From: Bugula neritina
Taxonomy: Eukaryota > Animalia > Bryozoa
NCBI GenBank assembly: GCA_964035545.1
Contig: OZ037769.1
Coordinates: 10,198,633-10,262,632 of the forward strand
Direction: 5' to 3'
DNA: 64,000 bases
Shown: positions 25,963 to 39,669 of the stretch, in pieces
Numbering within the stretch: position 1 is the stretch's first letter
Layout of the letters: each line of letters starts with the position of its first letter
Translations under genes and position numbers: made by a program
The notes under the pieces: generated by a model
Databases searched by the model: none
Told to the model about the DNA's origin: nothing
What the model saw: only the letters and a program-made list of their open reading frames with translations

Positions 25963-26661
25963 GTGGTGCAGCATTAGTTTACTGTTGGTTTCATATATAC
26001 TACCATAAAAGCATGTCATGTATAGATCTAAGATAGATCCAGGTAGAATTTATTTGTGTAGCATTTAGTTTTTAGTGAAACTTATATCAGTAGTACAGGT
26101 AGATAAAGATATATAACAGTACTAAATTACTATTGGAATTTTTTCTAACTATTGGCCTTTTGAGTGATTCATAAAATTATAAAATAGTAGGCCTATTATT
26201 AATAACATTATAAAAAATACTTACCATTGAAATGATCATTCATATAAAAATGAAGCTAAACATTCATGGCAATTTTAAGTCGCACGATTTTCCGACCTGC
26301 CTGTAGCAGGTTGGTGAGGCCGGGTCTTGCAGCAACTGAATGCAGTTCTCTTGAATGGCGTGTGCATTGAATCAGTACTAATTCACTAAAATAGCTTCCA
26401 GCTGTTGCTAATAGGAAGTCATTTAATCTAGGCAAGCCTGAAACAAGATGACTTGTTATATTTGTGGCAGTTTTCTGCAGCTTCTCTTAATGAAAAGAGT
26501 GAAATACTAGGCACAAAAAGGATTGGTTTACCATTTTTTCAAAAATTTCGATATATATACAAATTCTACCCAATGCTTCCTGCCAAGGTCAAACTAAGGA
26601 ATTAAGGGTTTAGTCTTTGGCACTTAAATATAATATATTTTCCTGAAGATTTTAAGCGTTT

Positions 26662-26868
26662 CTAGCAAAGGGAACACTCAAGGGTATTATAGCAATGTGT
26701 TGTTATATTCTGCCCCTCTATGAGCTTGCACTGTGTCAAACTACAAGCATTGCCCGAAATGGTCTGTACAAAATTTATCATTATTTGGTGTACTATAGAA
26801 AGCCTGTCTATGTTGAAATTACCGGCCAGAATGATGTAGTTTACTATTAAAATTGGGAAATAATTCAA
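26662..26868 (-). pseudogene. Decayed APE-type endonuclease fragment of a LINE/Helentron-like element
   Basis: YIILAGNFNID resembles the IILGDFN(I)D motif of APE endonucleases; no splice context; fragmentary. Confidence 0.4.
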
Positions 26869-28756
26869 AAAGAACTATTATACTGTACATATGCCATGCT
26901 GTTTGTTTGAAAAATAATTCAATAACAAGATAATATTTTGATAAAACTTACAACTGCCATATCTTTCCAATTACAGAACAGCACGCTGAAGCCTACCAAA
27001 AGCTTTCAAAAGTCTATGCATAAATTGTATATGTAATTCACTGATATTTTCTGGCAGGCAACTTTAGTTCAGTCACTATATAATCTATAGTGAGTTAGAT
27101 AGAAATATCTGGATAGCCATTGGGTGACGCATACACATCTACTCTCCTACTCATTTTGTTTATAATAACTCTGCTCAGTTATGTTGCTATTTTTTTAGTT
27201 GTGATAAGATGACACTTAGAGAATTGGTGTAATTAGAACTTGTATTTTTGATGGATATTGATGGCTTTTTGTGGTTAGAACATTTTGCAAGATTACAGAT
27301 GCAAGTGGTGCAAAGCTACACAGTATGTACTCCATTACTGGTAGATTTTTATGGGCGTTGTTCCAGGTTCTCACTGAACCTGATTTCTCATATCTTTGCT
27401 AGTAGTCTGTTGGACATCTTTACAGGTTTTAGTTATCAGTGTATCTCCTTTAGTGTGTAATTGTCTTATTTATTCTCTGCAAAGTCAACTAATACTAGTT
27501 TATCTGACCAGACAGGTGGAATCTTCTTTTTATAGATTTATTGTATTTAGCTTCTCATGTCTTCTTGCCATGTTCTTGCATTCAGGGTTGGTTGTTATAA
27601 TATAACAATAGAAATATTTCTGTTATATGTTAATATTTTTATATCTGATATATGATGTCTATTATATAATTGTTTTTAAAGCCAAGGTTTACCAAGTTTC
27701 TTATTTCAAGCAGTTTGTCATGCCTGTGCTTCTTGAATAAGCTGAGATAAACTGTAAAATATTATTTTACTACATAAAGTTGATGAAAAGTTGTACATAA
27801 TATACTATTGTTAGACGTGTGTTTCCCCTTCTATATAGAGATAGGTTTGTATAACACTAAGCATGAAATGGGGTTTTGGGAAAACTAGCCTATTTGATGC
27901 TATAGGATCCTGGAATGCCTCAGTGAAGGTCCCTTGACAAGTGATGAATTGACAAGGGTATGATTGACCCTAATTCTTCATTATTGTGCTGACAGCTACT
28001 TCATATTATAGTAACTGCAGCTTAGTGCATGTCTCAATGGCATTACTTCTAGTGAAACTCTGCAGAATGAAACTGTTTGAAACATGAAACAAAGCAACCA
28101 TATTCCACCTAAGTTAAAGTTCATGTGGCCAAGCTAAACCGGAGGTTTTATTTCTACGCCCAACAGTCTGAATAGTTGGGATTTACTTGTGTTAGCTATA
28201 AGCTTTCATAATGTGGCTGTAACTTTAGGAAATTTCTAGTCAATGAACACAGGCTATTTTGTTTGCTTTGTCTCACATTATAATATCATCAATGAATAAT
28301 TATGCATTATAACCATGAATGTAAATATAACATAAAATTGTGCGTCACCCGGTCATGCAAGCAGTATTACAGTCATGACCCGCGAGCCGTCACTGTAGCG
28401 TGAACTGTGATAATACCAAGTCAAACTCGCATTGTTATTCACTGAGCTATAAAATGTATAGTTCCTGGTCTTAGTTATCCTAAAGCAGTGTGTAGTAGAG
28501 GGTGGCTGGCTGTTACAGACACAGTAATACTTGATATGATATTCTAACTTTGTACGAAGGACAACCAGGAAGTGAGTGTCTTCACACTAGTAAGCCTGAA
28601 CCGCTAGCAAACTACTCGAGGATTATAGTATCTTGAGCTACTAGATTTGTACTTTGTATCAGCTGCTAAGTTTTTACAAGGCAGGAGCTACTGAATTCTG
28701 AACTTTCTAATAGCTGATGTGGGTATGATATAGATGTGGATGGTGAAGCAGCAAAC

Positions 28757-31700
28757 ATGAAGACATTTCTGTTAGCTATTACAACTTTTACTGCCAGTGT
28801 AATGCTAGCAGTTACAGGTGAGGCATTTTACTGATATTTGCTATTGAAGCTGCTTCAACTTTCATAGTCTTACTTAATGTGGATATTTATAGCTGGAACA
28901 GGTGCAGGTTTTGTTGTATTCTTTTTAAATACCAAACTAAAATGGTCAGTTGGTTGTTAATAATGGCTGTCATACTCACAAATAGGGTTACCCTGAAACG
29001 CTGTTCACATCTGTACATAGTAAGGTTTCTCAAACTTTAGAGAAATTTCAGAAAGGTATGGAAATTGGTGAAAGTTTTCAACACTATAATTAAAATAGGT
29101 GTATAGCAGGTTGTCTATTGCGGCAGCAGATCAAGTAAAAGAAGTTATCTGCCCCTTGTGAACTCAAAGTGCCTGAAATAAAGTCTATAATTATACTAGA
29201 TAGTAGAAGAGAGGTAGATGAGTCATGCGTAGTTTCAGCATACTCCTGTTAACACCAATCTCTGTCTTGAAAATGGTTAATTCTAGAGTCACACCAAGGG
29301 ACATAAATCCAATATAGGAAATAAATTGCCAAAGTGGCACATCTGCTAGTAGTAGTTTGTTTATTTTTATAGCAGTTAGCTTTTTAACACTTTCTCACTT
29401 TCTGGCATTATCATAAAATCCAAACCTTCAGGCTTACAGCGTTGTCAGTGTTGTGCCAGCATTGTGTTAGTATTGTGTCAGCATTGTGTCAGCATTGTGT
29501 CAGTATTGTATCAGCATTGTGTCAGCATTGTGTTAGTATTGTGTCAGCATTGTGTTAGTATTCTGTCAGCATGGTGCCAGTTTTGTGTCAGCATCGTGTT
29601 AGTATTGTGTCAGCATTGAGTCAGAATTATAAACAGTGCTGTAATTTTTTAGGTGCAGATCTGGTACTCTGTAAAGACTCTGATACAAAATATCAAATAG
29701 AAGAGAACGTACTAAGTCCGAGAGGGGCAGACATTCCTGCTAGTCATGGCTCAGCACCCTGCAACTTGAGAATTGATGGCATTCCACCAGGCTCCTGGGT
29801 TGGCGTATTTAACATGGATACGTTCCGAAATGGTAATGCTTCTCCTAGCAAAAGCTGTAATGAGCAAGAAGCCTTCTTGCAAATAAGTTATTCAGGAAAC
29901 AGATCGTGTTTGGATCAGCCTGATAAAGGAGTTGTCTTCACTGGGTATTCAACTTCACTCTCTGCTTTAGAGTTTCAACTCACTTCTGTTATGTGGCGTA
30001 ACTATAGATCATCAGACGTGAATTTTAAGTTCACATACAGAGGTATATAATAAAAATTCTGCCTCCAGTTGTTTTTTCATTTACATTTTTACAATTCACT
30101 GAACTTTTGTTCCAGAATGTTACTAGTACTACAGTATTACAGGTTTGATGTTTCCAAGTATCTTATGATCCAACAGTTATAATTCTGGCGTGTAGTTGTT
30201 GAAATCATAATTTATCGTACACTGGGATAGTTCAAGAAAATTAGCAATTACTTCTCAATTAAAACAGGACTTATATTGTGTATGGTATAGGCTTTAAAAC
30301 TGTTGGCCATGTTTGTAAATAACATATTTTGCCGATGTCAATCACATCTATAAACATGGAGACAGGAGAACTGTATTAGACTTCATCTGCCTATATAGGT
30401 GTAGGTGCTGTAGCTGTTTGTTGTATTATACATGTAGCTGTTACTATGTTATATTAGCGTATGCAGCTGTTAGTGTGTTGCATTAGTTATTCGTGCATGT
30501 AGTTGCTACTGTTACTGTTAATGTGCATGTATCTGTTACTGTGTTGCATAAGTTGCTAAAGCGGTACACACTGGCATAAACAAAGTAGTAGAGGAAGAAG
30601 GACAGCCAGAAAATTGTATAGTCAGTCACTCCACCTACCCTGCACCATACGCTGCGGACATTGACTCTACCCTCGTGTTGACAGGCCTTAAGCTGGCCAC
30701 CACAGTTGATATTACTTTCAAAAATAGTAGCCTCTCCGGTGACTGTTCTGATTATGTTGAGATCAGTGGACTGACGTTAGCAGACGGACAATTGGCAGAC
30801 GGGAGAAAGATATGCGATAACTCACTGTTAGATAAAACCGTTCAGTTTCAAACTGTGTCCAGTCGCATCTCATTTCATTTTCGAGCAAAAAAGGAAGCAG
30901 ATGGAAAAGGTTTTCGTCTTATATACAAAGGTACTTATGTTGATATAACACTGCACCCTTTACTATATTATACTATAACACTATACCCTCTAGTATATTA
31001 TACTATAACACTGTACCCTCTAGTATACTATACTATAACACTGTATACCCTCTAGTATGCTATACTTTAACACTGTACACTCTAGTATACTATACTATAA
31101 CACTGTATACCCTCTAGTATACTATACTATAGCACTGTACCCTCTAGTATATTATGCTATAACACTGTACTCTCTAGTATAGTATAACACTGTATCCTCT
31201 ATTATACTATAACACTACACCACACTTCCAGAGCACACACACTATAGCATATCAAAGTATATTACACTACAATGCTGTATATTATAGTACACTGCAAAAA
31301 TATATTACAATACTTAAGATTTGTTATCAGTTGTGGCTATTCTCTGTATATTTGCAGTAAATGAAGCTGCTGGCTGCCCTGAAATCAACGTGCCTTACTC
31401 TGGAGTAACACAAGATAAAAGTGACCCGAACCTCACCTTTGTTATAACTTGTGACGAAGGATATTACTTTGAGAATACTTCAAATACGATGCAACAAGTA
31501 CATTGTGAGAGTGGACAGTGGCATCTAATAACTAACTGTACAGGTACTATAAATGATACATGTGCTATTACCTGCATAAAGATTACCTGTATATGTAATA
31601 CCTGCATAGGTGTCCGAAGGAGGTGTAGTAAATACCTGTTAAATACTACAGTGTTTCAAAACTCTGTTGACAAAATAACAAACCAATATTATATTGTATA

Positions 31701-34700
31701 AACTTGTAAAAGTTTTGCGGATTATTTGCTGCTACATTTCTTTGACCTTTTACTAGACCTGTTGTAGTTGTAAATCTAGCTAGGGTCACATTGAGTGAAA
31801 ATTCGCATGCAAAACAGTCTATGTAAACTCTACTGCCGGAATTGTCTGCCCCACACTATCGTGGCCAGTTGTATTTGCCAATGGCTCAACTGCTATTTTG
31901 TAGATTATTTCATTTTGAGATCTCACTCGCCTTTCTCAATAATACTCAATAGGAATGAAATGTAAGACTGAAGCTGGAAAAGTGAGCTCGCTAAATAGTA
32001 ATCAGCCAATTAGGTCACTGCCACTTCTAGCAGTGCACTTTCAGCTCAAAACAGCCCAATTGTCCACTTGTGTAAAGTTTTTGCTAGTAGTCTGTGTAGA
32101 AAGCCACTCTATGTAGCCCTATGCTGAGATGAAAGTGTAGCTTAGCAACATATTAGTTGTTATCTTCTCCATACTGTAGAAAAGTGTCACAAGTCAAGTG
32201 ATGCCTTGTGTATTGAAACGTGCCAACAAGATAATCAGATAGGACAACTCCAGTGTGTATGCCAAGAAGAGGGAAAACTAAGCAGTGATGGTGTCACTTG
32301 TGAGTAAAGTTGGTTAAAATTCATAGACTTGCCTTTTTCATTTCGATCAGCAAGTAAAGTAGTTGTGAAATGAGCTCAATCTTGGCCTTTGACCTAGTTT
32401 TTGATCTCTTGCTACATGAACTAGTAAACTTACACAAGTTTGTAGTCACTATCCCTGTGATAACCCTCTGATGGAAAGAAGTTGTTTAAACAGGCTAAGG
32501 AGTTATTCATATGTGGCACAAGAGCAATTATGACTGGATGCTCTTCCTAACATCAACGATGACATTTACCAGGGTCTGAATCCATGACTTTATGTTTACT
32601 AAGCAAACGCTCTAACTCCTAGACCACGCTGCTCCAATGAAATAGTGGATTATTTAGTGTAAATTTTATTACTGTATTGTATTGCTTTATGATGTATTAC
32701 TAAATTATATTGTATTGCTACTTTGTATTACTTTACTATATTGTATCACAATATTGTATTATATTATTATATTACAATATGTACTATTATATTATATTGT
32801 ATTACTATATTATACTTTACTACTGTATCTTAATATAATGTATGCTGTTCTCTAATAAGTAGATCACAAAGTGTAGTTAAGAGAAGTCTAACGCAGGCCT
32901 AATCAAACTAATTACTAAAAGTTTCACAACTGCAGCCACAAACTGGAAAATATCAGAATAACTAAGAAAGCTCTATATAAGCTATAAAAATAAAATAATT
33001 GACAACAGTGTTATTTCATAAATGTAATTATTTAAATTACATTGCTGATTTTTAAAGAAAACTAGCATTTATTGTTTGTAAAAAGTTATTCTCCAGTTGT
33101 CACTACAGGTTTGAGACTTATGTATTTATTTGTTCTAGTGATCAGCTACTATGTCAGAACTATTTCTTATGTTTTAGGTAAGCACATGTTGACAAGCGGT
33201 GAAATAGCTGGAATAAGTGTTGCAGTTGGACTTATCTTCATCATTGCCATTTTATTCATTGTTCTCATAATTCTGCGACAGAAACACTTGTGAGTAGTTG
33301 TTCTCTCTTGTAAAACTTCTGGTAGAATCCTCACGTGCAGTCATCTGATTTTATATTGTGCCTCATGGGTGTCGGGAGAGGGGGGGGGGGTCATTTTATA
33401 ATCTATCTTTCTTTATGATTTGCATTTCACTTGAACTACAGCAACACATTAGAACTACAAACACATTCAAACACTATACTGTGATATACAAAACAGTATG
33501 CTGTAATATTCACACAGTATAATATTATGATATGCACAAAGGGAAAGCAGTGGTCTAGGGGTTAGAGCATTGGTTTAGTAAACGAGAAGTCATGGGTTCG
33601 AAACCAAGTAAAGGCTACTGGTGATGTTAGGAAGAGCATCCAGTCATAATTACTCCTGTGCCACATCTGATTAAACTCTTAGCCCAATTAAAATAAGCTT
33701 TCCATTAGAGGGTTTCACAAGGATAGTGAATATGAACTTGCCTGAATTTTTATATTATAATATACACGCAGGATACTATAATATGCACTGTGTATTTTAT
33801 AATATATACTGAGTATACTGTAATATATACTGAGTATACTGTAATATATACTGAGTATACTGTAATATATACTGAGTATACTGTAATATATACTGAGTAT
33901 ACTGTAATATATACTGAGTATACTGTAATATATACTGAGTATACTGCAACATATGCTGAGTATACTGTAACATATACTGAGTATTCTGTAATAAATACTG
34001 AGTATACTGTAATATATACTGAATATAATGTAATATATACTGAGTATACTGTAATATATGCTGAGTATACTGTAATATATACTGAATATAATGTAATATA
34101 TACTGAGTATACTGTAATATATGCTGAGTATACTGTAATATATACTGAGTATACTGTAATATATACTGAGTATACTGTAATATATACTGAGTATACTGTA
34201 ATATATACTGAGTATACTGTAATGTATACTGAGTATACTGTAATATATACTGAATATAATGTAATATATACTGAATATACTGTAATATATGCTGAGTATA
34301 CTGTAATATATACTGAGTATACTATAATATATACTGAGTATACTGTAATATATACTGATTATACTGTAATATATACTGAGTATACTGTAATATATACTGA
34401 GTATACTGTAATATATACTGAGTATACTGTAATATATGCTGAGTATACTGTAATATATACTGAGTATACTGTAACATATACTGAGTATACTGTAATATAT
34501 ACTGAGTATACTGTAATATATACTGAGTATACTGTAATATATACTGAGTATAATGTAATATATACTGAGTATACTGTAATATATACTGAGTATACTGTAA
34601 TATATACTGAGTATACTATAATATATACTGAGTATACTGTAATATATACTGAGTATACTGTAATATATACTGAGTATACTGTAATATACAATTTACTGAA

Positions 34701-35590
34701 ATGTATTGAAGGTTGATCAGGAAAGACAAGACCAACCATACCTACTCTAATGGAATGGACAAGCAAGAAGGAAGTCAATACTCCCCTCCACTCATAGGTA
34801 ACGGTGACCATGACCCTCACACTAAACAGGAAGACTTACCACACTACCATGTGCTAGATAATAGCTCAGCAGGAGTTTACGGTGTAGTACAGATAGCAGA
34901 AGGTTCTAGACATCACCATTTTCCAACTAGTGCTAGTAAACGGTAAGTCCTACAAGTCTGTTACTTTATGCTCTTAGCGTAATATGAACATGTTTACCTC
35001 TTCCATGGTAACCAGAGTTTTATACGAGAGTAGAGACCTAACAGTTACTTTTCTTTTTTTCATTTGCCATAAACCTTATTTGCAACATTACTCTATTCTT
35101 TTACTGATAGCAAAACAAAATACAGAACATTTCTAATTACTAATTCAGCACAAAATTTTTAAATCTTTGTATAAGGCTGTTGCGTTGAGGAGCCATTCTA
35201 GTATAGCTGTATAGAGTATATATGGAACTATACTATATATTATGTTATATAGAACTATACTATAGATTATATTATATAGAACTATACTATATATTATATT
35301 ATATAGAACTATACTATAGATTATGTTATATAGAACTATACTATAGATTATATTATAAAGAACTATACTATAGATTATATTATATAGAACTATACATCTA
35401 TACTATAGGAGTATATTATATAGATCTATGATACTAGAATGCCATACATTGTAAGACATTGCTGTATATTCCATGTTATAGCGACTCGTTGTATGGCCAA
35501 GAGGCTGTGCCCTATGCTACAGTACCCCTAACTGCACTCAAGTCAGATGAAGTGGTGATGGAGGTTAATGATCTATATAACTTCAGTTAG
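28757..35590 (+). CDS. Type I membrane receptor: signal-CUB-CUB-Sushi-EGF-TM-Tyr-motif tail, 8 exons
   Basis: Exons 28757-28817 (MKTFLLAITTFTASVMLAVTG), 29653-30042 (CUB-like), 30553-30930 (CUB: CSDYVEI..KICD..FHF..GKGFRLIY), 31358-31543 (Sushi: CPE..CDEGY..CESGQW..C), 32180-32299 (EGF), 33178-33289 (TM EIAGISVAVGLIFIIAILFIVLII-LRQK), 34712 (or 34721)-34942, 35482-35590. Phase-1 introns separate the ectodomain modules. Confidence 0.85.
29450..29620. repeat. 11-bp tandem repeat (agcattgtgtc)n
   Basis: Direct reading; intronic. Confidence 0.85.
30943..31220. repeat. ~30-bp tandem repeat (tactataacactgtaccctctagtatacta)
   Basis: Direct reading; begins just after the donor at 30930. Confidence 0.85.
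32443..32635 (-). mobile_element. tRNA-derived SINE, copy 2 (reverse orientation)
   Basis: Reverse complement matches head, core and tail of the 15406 copy. Confidence 0.85.
33541..33732 (+). mobile_element. tRNA-derived SINE, copy 3
   Basis: A box tggtctagggg, ttAGTaa loop, B box ggttcgaaacc, same core as copies 1 and 2. Confidence 0.87.
33799..34690. repeat. 21-bp minisatellite (gtaatatatactgagtatact), ~42 copies
   Basis: Direct reading; source of the spurious 308-aa (YTEYTVI)n ORF. Confidence 0.97.
35222..35430. repeat. 27-bp AT-rich tandem repeat
   Basis: Unit agaactatactatagattatattatat; intronic. Confidence 0.85.
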
Positions 35591-36136
35591 TTTGATTCTG
35601 CATGACTTCTTCTCTCCTGTCACCCTAAATATCACTATATAATATTATGGAACTGAAATTGCTCACTTGATAACCACACTTGTTTATTTTATGACCTGTA
35701 ATATTTTTTGCTCCTACTAAATAATTTTTACATTGTGCCATTTATATTTTAATAAAATTTTATAATTGTAATTTAATTTTTTTTACAAATTTTGTATTGA
35801 CAAATCAAATATATAATCATACTATTTGCAATATAGTCTGCAAGTTTATTTGTCAGCTTTAGCAATTGGAAAGTAGCTACAATAGAGTAAATAGTTCATG
35901 CAAGTTTTATAATGCTTAGTTCATGAGCAGTAAAATAGGTTATTTGGGCCTCTATGACAGTAGGAGCATGTAGTCAATAGTTAATTTACCACTCAATGCT
36001 TATTCTTGGTATATGTCAAGCAGGGTTTTATCAATGCAAATTCATGAAGTGAAACCAGCAATATGATATGATATTTTCTCAAAAGATTCACCTGGCCAAA
36101 ACTAATTGATTTACTTGAAAGATCTTGATGGATATA

Positions 36137-36209
<73 letters not shown>

Positions 36210-36310
36210 AAATGAGTGTTTATAAAACGTTACTAAAGTGCTCTATAGAAATAAATCTAGAGCATAAACATTAGAAGAAATAAAATGAGATTTGATTAAT
36301 ATAATGGCAT

Positions 36311-36359
36311 TTATTACTAGTAGTTTCGTACACAAAAACGATGTGCACTCGTCAGATAA
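36311..36359 (-). ncRNA. Mirror copy of the hammerhead ribozyme on the minus strand
   Basis: Exact reverse complement of 36361-36409. Confidence 0.78.
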
Positions 36360-36360
36360 A

Positions 36361-36409
36361 TTATCTGACGAGTGCACATCGTTTTTGTGTACGAAACTAC
36401 TAGTAATAA
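36361..36409 (+). ncRNA. Minimal type I hammerhead ribozyme (Penelope/retrozyme-like)
   Basis: ttat-CTGACGA-GTGCACA(tcgtttt)TGTGTAC-GAAA-C(tacta)G-TA-ataa: complete core, 7-bp stem II, GUA cleavage triplet, stem I ttat/ataa. Confidence 0.8.
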
Positions 36410-36448
36410 ATGCCATTATATTAATCAAATCTCATTTTATTTCTTCTA

Positions 36449-36777
<329 letters not shown>

Positions 36778-37438
36778 CATTATGTTATGTTATTTCTTTT
36801 GCCAATTTTTTTATGTTTTTCATTGGTAGTCAATAATTATTCATTTCTCAGCTAGATGTACAGTTACAACAATTTATATTATATGGTAAGTGGCACTGGT
36901 TCAACTTCCAATTTGCCTTAATTTGTGCCAACAAACTTACAGGCAAAAATGGGCTCTATGTTTGTGAATAGAATGTTAATGCATTTTGTTTTAAGGAAAA
37001 AAACAGCAACATAAGATTGAGTTTTGTGGTGCTGGTCTTTGGAATGGAAATAATTTTTTTCAAACTCTATGCTTAAAAGAGCAATATTTAGTTCAACTAG
37101 CCCCACCCTCTCATGCTTCATAAAAAATTAATACATGTATTGAGTTGCTAAGGGATGTGTTATAAGCAAGAAACTTGGTCATTGGGTCATACAAACATTA
37201 ATGCTTCATCATCATGCATGTGCACTGCATGAAAGCTCTCTTGACAAAAGACAAAATATGATTAGATAAAGCTCTGGACATGAATAAAATATATTTTAAA
37301 TTAAAATTTCATTAATCAAGAGTGGTAAGTATAATATATGTGTGTATTGTATACTTACCTATATAACATCTTCATTACTTTGCGGAAAAAGCTGACTACA
37401 AGGTAGCATGAGCTGGAATTTTTTTTCATTTGGTTGCC

Positions 37439-39277
37439 ATGAAAACTAAGTTTCATGTCATTTTGATTGTTAAACTGGCACTATTTTCAGCTGCAAATTA
37501 TGTTGGCCAGAACGAATATATTATCACACATATCTCTAGTGGGAATGACATACAAGCACTACTCCTACAATCTCAAACAGGTAAGGAATATTTAAGAATA
37601 ATAGCATGTACTTTTATTTAAAATATAACTTTAAAGCTAGTTTAGGATCATTTTATGATGCTCTTTACTCATGATCATTCCTAATATTTAATACTATTGC
37701 CATGTTTTGTGTTTTTTAGCACGGTCTTTGATTGAGTGCATAGTTCAGTGTAGTTATTATTTATGTGAGTGTGAAGCTGGAATTTTTTCTTCATCGATTT
37801 TCAAATGCAAGTTACTAGACAAAAGATATGAGCAACTGCATAGCGGAAAAACGCAGGAGGTGATTTATTTTGAAAGAAATCATTCAAATATTGGTAGGTA
37901 GATAGAAATATGCCTTATATTATCATTGTTTATTATTATCTTTACAAATTTCTTCTATTTCGAAAGTGTCAGCCATGAAACCCTGTTATGTGCTGACAAC
38001 CCCTAAAACAGCTGCGCGCTTGCGTGCATGTGTGTGTGCATGTGTGTGTGCGTTTGTGCGTGTGTGCGTGCGTGCGTATGTGCGTGCGTGTGCGTGTGCG
38101 TGTGTGTGCCTGTGTGTGCCTGTGTGTGCCTGTGTGTGCCTGTGTGTGTGTGTGTGTGTGTGTGTGTGCTTACTGCATCACTTTATGGCTAATTATATTG
38201 TTTTGCATTATTTTAGACAACATCTACTACAACAACCAAGTTTTCACAGACCTGGTAATCTACAGCAGTCAGACTGAGGTGTCTTCATGGGAGGCGTGCC
38301 AGAACCTCTGTGGGTGTAACCCATCATGTGCTGCTGTGTCCTATGACAACGACACCTCAACTTGCTTTCAATCTGATGTACCAAAAGTGGTGAAATATTC
38401 AGAGCAGACGAGTAGACTATGTCTTGTTAAAAATGTTTATTTTGCTTATGTGGAAGTATATAACATCTCTAACACTTTAGCAACAGGTCTGTAGGCTAAT
38501 CTGCATAATACTGTAGTTTGTCCACTTAGTATTTATCAAATAATAATTATTTTTAGACGGTTGCGATATATTATTCAAAGATAAATTATCAGAAATGAAA
38601 ATTATTGTTAGTATACATATTACTTGAAACATTTTTAGTCATTTTCTAAGTTGAACACCACTAAATGATGTTTATATAGGAAGCAATGCCTCACTGTCCA
38701 GTGTGAAGAGTGCAAGCAAGAATGCAATTAACGCTGTTGATGGGTTGTATCTTCCTTCTCAACATGGTTTAACAGAACACCATTACGTTGCTGTAACCAA
38801 TGTTGAGAAATCACCATGGATCCAGGTGGATCTGGGCATCTCTCGCTACGTTTATGGAGTTAAAATCTGGCAGAGATCAGAGTGTGCTGACTCCAGTGAG
38901 TACAAATAATTTATCACATAGCATCAGCACAATCAGCTATCCATATGATAACTGTTGTTCATGAGTGAACATGAAAAGAAACCAGAGTTGATACTGGTAC
39001 TTAAGTCTTGCCCAGCAAAGAAATGCTGTAATATTTTGCAGGTAAAAACTATTTATTAGCTAACGTCACTATTATGGTTGGTGATAGTGACATCACATTT
39101 GGAGAGCTACCAGAAGCTAGGCTATGTGGCTACATTCCTGGAAAAATATTAGTAGCTGCTCTTTTAACTACATGTCATCCCAGAATGTATGGAAGATACG
39201 TGAGAGTAACTGCCGCTGACGTTAATAACAGACTCAGTATTTATGAGCTAGAAGTTCATGGATTAGATTTACAATAA
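37439..39277 (+). CDS. Secreted PAN/Apple-PAN-F-type lectin (fucolectin/F5-8C-like) protein, 5 exons
   Basis: Exons 37439-37580, 37720-37893, 38217-38486, 38680-38895, 39042-39277, all phase 1. Signal peptide; PAN patterns [11 protein letters not shown] and [20 protein letters not shown]; F-lectin motifs [38 protein letters not shown]. Confidence 0.85.
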
Positions 39278-39669
39278 ATGTCAAAGTTTTGTTTTCTGCT
39301 GTATTTTTTTAGATTGTAGTGATGAGTTTTGATAACTTGATTTTGATAACTATAGGTGAATTTTAAATTACTTTATGAAAAGGCTGATTAATTTATATGT
39401 TCATTTTGCTGGTACATACAAACACTATTTGAAGTGCAGAGAGCTATTACTGATAAATTTTACTGCAATATCCACAGTGTCTGAGTGAGATAGTACAGTA
39501 TAACAGTACTGATGAGTATTTGTTAATAAAAATGCTCTATATTAGTCAACTGGACAAAAATTAATCAATGGGAATAACAAATGAAACTCAATAAATTAGT
39601 TGCCTTACAGACAGATTCAATTGCAAACTACTGCTTTTTATTGTACTTTAGAGTAAATCTATTAGATCT

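Noticed and set aside
33541-33615. tRNA-Thr(AGT) gene
   Set aside because: No acceptor-stem closure; it continues into the shared SINE core.
33790-34820. 308-aa (YTEYTVI)n ORF and its antisense ORF
   Set aside because: Translation of an intronic 21-bp minisatellite; no proper start or splice context.
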